Shown piece after piece: positions 57,142 through 64,000 of a DNA stretch of 64,000 nt (position 1 is its first letter; every line of letters begins with the position of its first letter). This DNA is from an uncultured Gammaproteobacteria bacterium (GTDB lineage Bacteria; Patescibacteriota; Patescibacteriia; Magasanikbacterales; GWA2-37-8). The notes below the pieces were generated by a model. It was given only the letters and a program-made list of their open reading frames with translations, was not told the DNA's origin and searched no databases. The position numbers were made by a program, and so were the translations under genes. The stretch is from assembly GCA_964355175.1 (NCBI GenBank), contig CAYHBZ010000002.1:268537-332536 (forward strand), read 5' to 3'.

Positions 57142-57879
57142 CTACTTACAGACACCGTCCACGCATTTGCCTTTGCATTTCACCCCGCAAGCACCGCAGT
57201 GGTTCGGGTTGTCCTTGATGTTGGTTTCACAACCATCGATGTCAATGCGACCGTTGCAGTCGGCGTAGCCGATCACACATTGTCCATCACAGTCCCCATA
57301 GCAGCCACGGGTGATGATGTGGTTGCCCGAGCACTTGCGACCACAACGGCCACAGTTGTCGGGGTCCCACCACCTGTCAGTGCATTCGGAATCGCAGATT
57401 TCAAGATCCTGATCCGCGGCAGTATCGCAGGTTTCTTGGCAGTGCCCAAAGGTGCAGAACTGGCCGATTTTACAAGCAAGTCCACACTCGCCGCAGTTGT
57501 TCAGATCCCAGCTTGTATCGACACAGGAGCCCTTACACGAGAGTTGGTGTTTCGCGCACGAGCACGACCCTCCATTACACCGCGTTTCACCGGTGCAAGT
57601 GTTCTCGCAAACCCCGCAGTTCGCGTCGTCGTAGAGCGGGTTGATGCAGGCACCGTTGCAGAGGATCCACCCCTCACTGCACTCGAGTTCCTTGGGGGTA
57701 GGGCATGAGACCTCTTTGGTAGCCGTCGTGTCTTCCTCCGTGTCCTGGGACCAGTTGTTGCTGTCCGGGTTGGTGGTTTCCGAGCTGTCCACGGAATCAG
57801 ACCCTACGCCATTTCCATCGACACAGCAGCCGACACAGCAAAGGACCACGACCAGGAACAGGATATGCGTGTAGCGCAT
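57142..57879 (-). CDS. Cys-rich repeat lipoprotein-like protein (D..NCG.CG..C repeats); GC-rich island 5
   Basis: GGAGGTatctcATG start at 57879; hydrophobic signal with Cys; repeats DDANCGVC, DLNNCGECG, DPDNCGRCG, NPNHCGACG. Confidence 0.82.
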   Translation of the reverse strand: MRYTHILFLVVVLCCVGCCVDGNGVGSDSVDSSETTNPDSNNWSQDTEEDTTATKEVSCPTPKELECSEGWILCNGACINPLYDDANCGVCENTCTGETRCNGGSCSCAKHQLSCKGSCVDTSWDLNNCGECGLACKIGQFCTFGHCQETCDTAADQDLEICDSECTDRWWDPDNCGRCGRKCSGNHIITRGCYGDCDGQCVIGYADCNGRIDIDGCETNIKDNPNHCGACGVKCKGKCVDGVCK

Positions 57880-58181
57880 GAGATACCTCCGACACTTTGG
57901 AGCAACCAGCCTTAGCGAACACTTGTCGCTTGGGCTAATCACCGAATTGCACACTTACTTCGTCTTGTGCGCAATTTGATTAAACATTTCTGTCGAACCA
58001 AATTACGCACAAGATCTATTGCTTTTATAATTGTAAAGAACAAATTTAAAAACTCTCGTATTGAGAGAGTTTTATTATACTATAAAGGTATATAACTAAG
58101 TGGAATTTTTACCTACGGTCTCTCTCAAACCCTGGGTAAATACGGTTTTCCACTATAGGTTAATTATTCAATTAACAAATC

Positions 58182-58210
58182 AGTATAGCATAAAATAGAG
58201 GTTTTGTCAA
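58182..58210 (-). promoter_or_regulatory. sigma70 promoter of island 5
   Basis: TTGACA-17-TATACT, nearly identical to 14874-14902. Confidence 0.8.
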
Positions 58211-58314
58211 GGTGTTGGCCTTTATTTTGGCTACAGTTGGCTAAAATTTAATGATAGATTTAATATATCTATGTAGTTCTTGACAAAACCCACCAAATCC
58301 ATTAATATATCAGC

Positions 58315-58450
58315 ACCATAGACAGCAGGTGGCGCAAGCCTTAATTACCTGCCGAGGTACAAAGTGCTTAGATTCCCGCTTTCGCGGGAATGACAAGGCA
58401 GAAGTCGATTTGTACTGTTTAATTTGTCTGTGGAAACACAGATTTTTTGT
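58315..58450 (+). promoter_or_regulatory. L10 leader (rplJ autoregulatory RNA)
   Basis: AGACAGCAGGT-GGCGCAAGCC-TTAATTACCTGCCGAGG, downstream of TTGACA(58280)-17-TAATAT and upstream of rplJ. Confidence 0.8.
58371..58394. repeat. Palindromic repeat unit ATTCCC-N8-GGGAAT (dRS3/RPE-like)
   Basis: GATTCCCGCTTTCGCGGGAATGAC. Confidence 0.7.
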
Positions 58451-58461
58451 TAGAAAAGATT

Positions 58462-58980
58462 ATGCCAAAAACAAAACAACAAAAAGCTCAGGTCCTGGAC
58501 TCCTTGAGTCGCGACTTGAAAAACAGCGTGGGTGCTGTTTTTGCCAACTTTCAGGGCTTAAAAGTAACCGACTTTGAACTTCTGCGCAAACAAGCCAGAG
58601 AAGAAAAAGTATTGGTGCAAGTAGCCAAGAAAACTTTGGTAAAAAGAGTATTCGACGATCTAGGCGTGTCCGCTGATCCAACTGCCTTTATTGGTGGTGT
58701 TGTGACCCTTACCGGTCAAGACGAGGTCTCGGCTGCCAAAGTCTTAGGAAAGTTTGTCAAAGATCATGAGAGCGTCACCATCTTTGGTGGTGTGCTTGAA
58801 GGCAAATTCATCGATAGCGCTAGTGTCAAACACTTGTCCGGCCTTCCAAGCAAGCATCAGCTTCTTGGTCAGTTGGTAGGTACTTTGAATGCTCCGGTAT
58901 CTGGATTCGTCAATGTATTGGCTGGCAACTTACGCAACCTAGTAAATGTACTTAATAATATTAAAGAAGCGAAAGCTTAA
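58462..58980 (+). CDS. rplJ: 50S ribosomal protein L10
   Basis: GLKV.....LR, V.KKTL, LPSKHQLLGQLVG.LNAPV. Confidence 0.97.
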   Translation: MPKTKQQKAQVLDSLSRDLKNSVGAVFANFQGLKVTDFELLRKQAREEKVLVQVAKKTLVKRVFDDLGVSADPTAFIGGVVTLTGQDEVSAAKVLGKFVKDHESVTIFGGVLEGKFIDSASVKHLSGLPSKHQLLGQLVGTLNAPVSGFVNVLAGNLRNLVNVLNNIKEAKA

Positions 58981-58995
58981 TTAACTATAAAACTT

Positions 58996-59388
58996 ATGTC
59001 AGAAGAAAAAATGGTTCCTGAAAAGTTTAAAGCTTTGGTGGAACAGGTAGAAAAAATGTCCGTATTGGACTTGGCTGAATTGGTAAAAGTATTGGAAGAA
59101 AAATTCGGCGTATCCGCTGCTGCTCCAGCTATGATGATGGCTGCTGCTCCAGCTGCCGGTGCTGCTACTGAAGAAAAAACTGAATTCGGCGTAGAATTGA
59201 CTGATGCCGGTGCCAACAAGATCAATGTGATCAAGGCTATTAAAGATATTACTGGTTTGGGTCTTGCTGATGCCAAAGCTTTGGTAGACGGCGCTCCTAA
59301 AATGGTAAAAGAAGGTATGAAGAAAGACGAAGCTGAAGCCATGAAGAAGAAGCTTGAAGAAGCTGGTGGTAAAGTAACTTTGAAATAA
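58996..59388 (+). CDS. rplL: 50S ribosomal protein L7/L12
   Basis: [24 protein letters not shown]...TGLGL. Confidence 0.98.
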   Translation: MSEEKMVPEKFKALVEQVEKMSVLDLAELVKVLEEKFGVSAAAPAMMMAAAPAAGAATEEKTEFGVELTDAGANKINVIKAIKDITGLGLADAKALVDGAPKMVKEGMKKDEAEAMKKKLEEAGGKVTLK

Positions 59389-59592
59389 TACTTTCAAAAA
59401 ATAAAATCCCTCGATGAATTTCGGGGGATTTTTTTATTGACAAAGATCAGTAATTAATTTAGGCTATTAGTTATGTTTGTTCTTTTTATCTGTTGGAGTG
59501 GGGAATAATGATTTAATTTTATTGAATTTTTATTTCCTGCTCCAACTGTTGGTTGTTGGTAAAGGGGTGTCAGTTCATCGGGGGTGGACAGG

Positions 59593-59985
59593 ATGAAGAA
59601 GCTTCTTCGGTGTGAAAATTGTGGTGAAGAACGCCAGCACCACGACGTCAGGAGTGATATCTCGCGTGGTAGTAGGGCGACTGCTGTTTTCGCTTGCGAT
59701 ACCTGCAAGCAGGAGCAGGGGCCGATCGCCGTGAGTAAGGATGAGCTTATGGGTCGTCCGCCGCCGTCGGAGGTGCGCTTCCACTGTGAAGACTGCCAGA
59801 CCACTAGTGATCATCGTGTCACGACGATCTGGCGCGGCCATGTGCGGGCCACGATCGTGCTCCATTGCACCGAGTGCAATCGCGAGGCGCGTCGGCAAGC
59901 CCCCGTGGACGAGATTCCTCAGGTATTCCTGGATCTCGAGCCCAAGCCCAAGGCGGCTGGCGAAGAAGTGGTGTCGACGGCCTAG
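59593..59985 (+). CDS. Tandem zinc-ribbon protein; GC-rich island 6
   Basis: Four CxxC pairs in two internal repeats; GGGGTGGacaggATG start; TTGACA(59437)-17-TAGGCT promoter; TAG stop. Confidence 0.75.
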   Translation: MKKLLRCENCGEERQHHDVRSDISRGSRATAVFACDTCKQEQGPIAVSKDELMGRPPPSEVRFHCEDCQTTSDHRVTTIWRGHVRATIVLHCTECNREARRQAPVDEIPQVFLDLEPKPKAAGEEVVSTA

Positions 59986-60131
59986 GCAGCCTTGAGCCAA
60001 CCCGCAACCTCTGTGCACGGCAGAGGAAATTTAACAACCAAAGGGTTCCCAGCTGGTAGATGGGAACAAGGAAGGTGGCGACCGTTCGTGCACGGTCGCA
60101 ACTTCTAATGTATATAATTAGTTGTATTCAT

Positions 60132-60176
60132 TAAAAACAAAAAGACCGACATCTGTTATCGGTCTTTTTGTTTTTA
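60132..60176. terminator. Bidirectional terminator
   Basis: TAAAAACAAAAAGACCGA...TCGGTCTTTTTGTTTTTA. Confidence 0.85.
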
Positions 60177-62414
60177 AAGATTTATTTCCCACAGTTTATC
60201 GCTATCCAAAATAAAGGCGCGTTTATTATTTTCATCTATTACTAATCCGGTCGGATGTTTCCAGATAGTGGCTGTAATTTGTCCGTAGATGGTGCCGTCT
60301 TTTTGCAAAATTACCAGGCGTTTGTTGTCGGAGTCGAGCACATATAAATATTCTTTGTCGGTGTATGTCCAGATTTTGGCAGGGGATTTAATTTCCGGGT
60401 CTAGACCGGAAATATCAAATGGTTGTTTTGTGCCAGCAGTGATTTTTTGGATTTGACCATTGTTTAGCGCTACAAACATGTCGCCATCGGTGGTGAGAGA
60501 AACGCCATTTTTTATATCAATTGAGAGGTCTTTGATCCAATCTTTACCTGGGCCAAAGCCGGTTTTGATATTTTCATGTTTGTAGATCTGGCCGTTTTGG
60601 GCATCGAGGGTATAGAGACGGCGGTTGTAGACAATGAGGCTATTAATTTTTGTAGTTGGATTTGGATAGCTGATTTCGGCGCCCGTAAAGGTAGAATCTT
60701 TTGGATTGTACGATACAATCTCTTTATTGTTATACAAAAAGGCAACGTAGTCGTTTTCTTTTGGTACGGCCGCGTCGTTAAAGCCTTTTATTTTGGAATC
60801 AATAGAGCGAGCTTGCTTGGTGAGCAGATCGTATACCATGATATTGGAGCTGGTGCTCGAAAAAGCTAGGATCTGGTTATTAATTCTCACTAGTTGGCTG
60901 AGATCGTTTTGGGTTTGGCCAAAATCATAGAGTAGTTGGGGCTCGGCAATAGTTTCTTTGCGGATTTGAGACAGTATGCCCTCGATTTGTGAATTAAAAT
61001 CGTCGCACTGTTTTTTATAAGTTTTACAATTCAATTGACCAATTAATTGTTTTACAGTCTTGGATTCGTTCAGGGCACTGGTGTTGTCTTTGAAAATTAC
61101 AGCGCTGTCGGCGGCGTCTTTATGGATAGAAATTTGACGGATAATTTCTTGGGATTGCTGTTGTTGTACCAGCTCAGCTTGGCGCGAGCGGATGGCGATA
61201 ATACTGCCGATGAATACTAATATGACTAGTCCAATAAGCCCAAACATTATTTTGGTGGTTTTGGGCATGGTTTTGAAATAGAGCTTCAAGGATTGCCATT
61301 GTTTGATCCAGTTTTCAATAATATTGCGGCGGCGGTTTTGGTAATTTATGGCTACAAAAAATAACAGTAGGAGTTTGTTGCCAATTTCCATCAGTATCTT
61401 GAATAACATCATCACTATCCAATATATTATTTTGCCCAGAAATTTCAATCCGGTCCAAATTCCATTTATGAATAGGACAAAATATTTTTTGAACTTATCT
61501 TCTTCTTCAATCGGAGCAGTGCGGGGCTGGAATTGTCGTAGATGAGCGGCTGAGATTTCTGTCGGCATAATCGGACGAAATTTTTCAATCTCTTCTTGGC
61601 TATCCGTCTCTTCTTCTTGAAGTCTGTTTAGCTTAGGGAATAGGGAAGGAGAAAGGGTGTTGGCGGTATTTTTTTCAGTGGCAAAAAGATTGTGGAGTGA
61701 TTTTATCGAACCGCCTTTGATGAAAGCTTTTCGTTTGGTAGCGTTTTGGGAGAGATCGGTTTCTTCTTTTAGATGAACTACTAGTCCGCCAAAAGAAATT
61801 TCATTGCGGATATCGGATAATACCTTTTCGATATGGGTCGCGCTTTGGCGGGCAGGGCGGGTGGTAATGATTTTTTGTAAGCGATCGTCGGTAAAATATT
61901 CTTTGAGTTGGGGGGTGGCGATAAACAGGAAGTCATTTGGGGTAATTTTGCCTTCCACAATTTGAGAAAATAGGTCGGTGTTGGCGTCTTCATTTTCATT
62001 GACTAGGTCCATTTTTTTGTGAAGGCCGTCTTTGGTTTGATAAAACAGTAGCATCTTTGGGTTGCCACAAAAAGAGAAGACGATGGTTTCGTTGCGAATT
62101 ACGCCTAAGACACAATGCAGATTATCAATCTGGTCATCCTGGTGTTCGCGATTAATTTTCTTTAAAACTGTTTCGAGTGAGTGTTCGTTTATGCTTTCCG
62201 GCGCTTCGTAGTAGCGTTCTTCGATTTCGTCAACAATATTTTGGAGACGGACTATTTTTTTGGTGTCGCCTTGGTTTAGTTCGCAAACAGCAAAAAAATA
62301 CCCCTTCTGCTTTTCACTAGGCGTAGAGGGTTCGGTGATATGAAGTAAAACATGGGATTTTTCCCGATTTCCACCTTCAATAAAGAATTCGTGTAGCTGT
62401 AACTTGTATTCCAT
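60174..62414 (-). CDS. Hypothetical membrane protein with a possible PP2C-like N-terminus and a beta-propeller C-terminus
   Basis: 746 aa; TM segments mid-protein; C-terminal Y.LD...G.IYK, LYVLD..NKR.V repeats. Confidence 0.75.
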   Translation of the reverse strand: MEYKLQLHEFFIEGGNREKSHVLLHITEPSTPSEKQKGYFFAVCELNQGDTKKIVRLQNIVDEIEERYYEAPESINEHSLETVLKKINREHQDDQIDNLHCVLGVIRNETIVFSFCGNPKMLLFYQTKDGLHKKMDLVNENEDANTDLFSQIVEGKITPNDFLFIATPQLKEYFTDDRLQKIITTRPARQSATHIEKVLSDIRNEISFGGLVVHLKEETDLSQNATKRKAFIKGGSIKSLHNLFATEKNTANTLSPSLFPKLNRLQEEETDSQEEIEKFRPIMPTEISAAHLRQFQPRTAPIEEEDKFKKYFVLFINGIWTGLKFLGKIIYWIVMMLFKILMEIGNKLLLLFFVAINYQNRRRNIIENWIKQWQSLKLYFKTMPKTTKIMFGLIGLVILVFIGSIIAIRSRQAELVQQQQSQEIIRQISIHKDAADSAVIFKDNTSALNESKTVKQLIGQLNCKTYKKQCDDFNSQIEGILSQIRKETIAEPQLLYDFGQTQNDLSQLVRINNQILAFSSTSSNIMVYDLLTKQARSIDSKIKGFNDAAVPKENDYVAFLYNNKEIVSYNPKDSTFTGAEISYPNPTTKINSLIVYNRRLYTLDAQNGQIYKHENIKTGFGPGKDWIKDLSIDIKNGVSLTTDGDMFVALNNGQIQKITAGTKQPFDISGLDPEIKSPAKIWTYTDKEYLYVLDSDNKRLVILQKDGTIYGQITATIWKHPTGLVIDENNKRAFILDSDKLWEINL

Positions 62415-62485
62415 AATGGCTTATAGTATACTATATTTATTGTTGCAAGTCCAATTATCGGACTCTCTGAAAGTGCTATTTTTAT

Positions 62486-63079
62486 ATGCTTGAACACCTT
62501 TTTGGTTCAACCACTCGTCTCAAATTATTACGCCTATTTTTCAATAATCCGCAGAGGGCTTATTTTGTGCGCGAGCTTTCTCGAGCTATCGATACCCAGC
62601 TCAACGCGGTGCGTCGCGAGCTGGCCAATTTGGAAGAATTTGGCGCGGTGAAACAAGTGGCTTTTGGCGAGTCCAAAGAAGAGGAAGTGGGTACCGAACG
62701 CTCCAAATATTACAAACTAAATAACGAGTTTTTTTTAAACGATGAACTCTCGGCCTTGCTTAGCAAAACTCAGCTAGTAGAGGAGCGTAGTTTTATTGAT
62801 CTTATAAAAAAACGTTGCGGGGCTATCAAAACCATGATCTTAACCGGATTTTTTACTCAGGCTGATGTCAGTACCGATATTCTTTTGGTGGGTGAAATTA
62901 AGCCAGTGCCTTTGGCCAAAGTGATCCGTGATTTTGAAAAGTTTCTCAATCATCCGGTGCGCTATACCGTAATGGATGAAAAAGAATTTTTGGAAAGACG
63001 CGAGATTGGTGACAAATTTCTTTATTCGGTATTTGAGTCCAAGCACATTGTGGCCACCGATGAGTTAAATGTTAAGTAG
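62486..63079 (+). CDS. Winged-helix plus minimal nucleotidyltransferase-like protein
   Basis: LFGS.TR.KLL..F...YFVRELSR......NAVRREL; G.F...TDILLVG. Confidence 0.8.
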   Translation: MLEHLFGSTTRLKLLRLFFNNPQRAYFVRELSRAIDTQLNAVRRELANLEEFGAVKQVAFGESKEEEVGTERSKYYKLNNEFFLNDELSALLSKTQLVEERSFIDLIKKRCGAIKTMILTGFFTQADVSTDILLVGEIKPVPLAKVIRDFEKFLNHPVRYTVMDEKEFLERREIGDKFLYSVFESKHIVATDELNVK

Positions 63080-63080
63080 T

Positions 63081-63458
63081 ATGTATTTGGTTGTAGACAA
63101 CTCCATCGATAACCAGGTTTTATTTTATGCTTACTTGAATACCAAATGGGTTCAACAAGTAATCAGCTTGGATAATAAAAATCTTTTGTCAGCGCTCAAC
63201 GAATATTGTGTTTCTGTCGGTCAGCAGTTGAAAGATATAAAAGGTATGGCCGTGGTGGTGGGGGTAGGGCGGTTTACCTCTACCCGTGTCGCTACTACTG
63301 TCGCCAATGCTTTGGCCTTGTCGCTGTCTATTCCGGTTTTGGCCGTAGATAAATTTAGTGAAGATTTAAATATACAATTGGTACAGACGCCAACAGGAAT
63401 TTATATCAGCGCTCGCTATAGCGCGCCTGCTAATATTGGAGTGAAAAAATTAAAATAA
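63081..63458 (+). CDS. tsaB: TsaB-like protein (short)
   Basis: VVVGVGRFTSTRVA...ANALA...IPV resembling GPGSFTG.R. Confidence 0.72.
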   Translation: MYLVVDNSIDNQVLFYAYLNTKWVQQVISLDNKNLLSALNEYCVSVGQQLKDIKGMAVVVGVGRFTSTRVATTVANALALSLSIPVLAVDKFSEDLNIQLVQTPTGIYISARYSAPANIGVKKLK

Positions 63459-63464
63459 TTTTAC

Positions 63465-64000
63465 ATGTTGTCCGATTATCAGCGTTATCGTTTTTATGAG
63501 ATTTTACCGGGCCTGAGTATTTGGCTTACTTTGATATTGGGTATTTTATTTTCTTTTATTTTTCCTTTGGCCGTAATATACGCTATTATTATTTTTGATG
63601 TCTATTGGGTTTTGCGAGTTATTTATTTTTCTTTTTATCTTATATTATCCTGGTTGCGTTTTCGCCGCGCTATAAGAATTGATTGGTTGGTCAGATTAAA
63701 AAAAGAATTTCCGGCTTGGGAAGAAAAAAAGAATGTGGTTTTTTTGCCGCTTGCCAATGAAGGCTATGATGTGGTGAAAGAAACTTTACAGGCCTTGCTA
63801 AATTCTACTTATCCGGCCGATAAAATGTATGTGGTATTATCCGGCGAAGCGCGCAAACAAGACAATTGGGATAAAGTGCAGGCGGAAGTAAAACAAAATT
63901 TTACCGGTAAATTTGCCGATATTTTGTATTATACCCACCCGGCTGATCTGCTTGATGAAATCCCGGGCAAAGGTTCTAATATTCATAATGCCGAAAAGGA
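63465..64000 (+). CDS. Glycosyltransferase family 2 membrane protein (3' end outside window)
   Basis: Hand translation MLSDYQRYRFYEILPG...FDVYW...FLPLANE...YP...HP...EIPGKGSN. Confidence 0.8.
   Translation, partial: MLSDYQRYRFYEILPGLSIWLTLILGILFSFIFPLAVIYAIIIFDVYWVLRVIYFSFYLILSWLRFRRAIRIDWLVRLKKEFPAWEEKKNVVFLPLANEGYDVVKETLQALLNSTYPADKMYVVLSGEARKQDNWDKVQAEVKQNFTGKFADILYYTHPADLLDEIPGKGSNIHNAEK

Noticed and set aside
4363-59435. Recurring AAAATCCC...GGGATTTT hairpins (4363, 36045, 51695, 52146, 59402)
   Set aside because: Loops and inner stems differ and all sit at gene ends; ordinary intrinsic terminators

Overview
AT-rich chromosomal window from a reduced-genome bacterium. The gene inventory (UvrC lacking HhH, non-discriminating AspRS, archaeal-type PyrH, short TsaB, DUF5654, mostly SD-less genes) points to Patescibacteria/CPR (inference). 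The backbone is housekeeping: uvrB/A/C, prfA-prmC, rpmE, rpsB-tsf, glycolysis genes, scpAB, four tRNA synthetases, xseAB, rplJ-rplL, rpmB and tRNA-Leu(GAG). It also has two TA-like pairs, a 2404-aa Ig-repeat surface protein and a compact 6S-like ncRNA. The most striking feature is six isolated single-gene islands (about 1.3-1.7, 5.05-5.47, 14.07-14.9, 44.73-46.14, 56.92-58.21 and 59.44-60.18 kb) that share an architecture unlike the host genes: an AT-rich near-consensus sigma70 promoter (clear in five), usually a hairpin-rich leader (two with an almost identical promoter and a boxA-like GTTCTTTAYAAT), a strong Shine-Dalgarno, a GC-rich ORF ending in TAG/TGA, and a hairpin-rich trailer or terminator. 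Two islands share a near-identical 64-bp imperfect palindrome. No integrase or transposase is present in the window. The supplied ORF track mislabels 36057..37196, which is on the minus strand.
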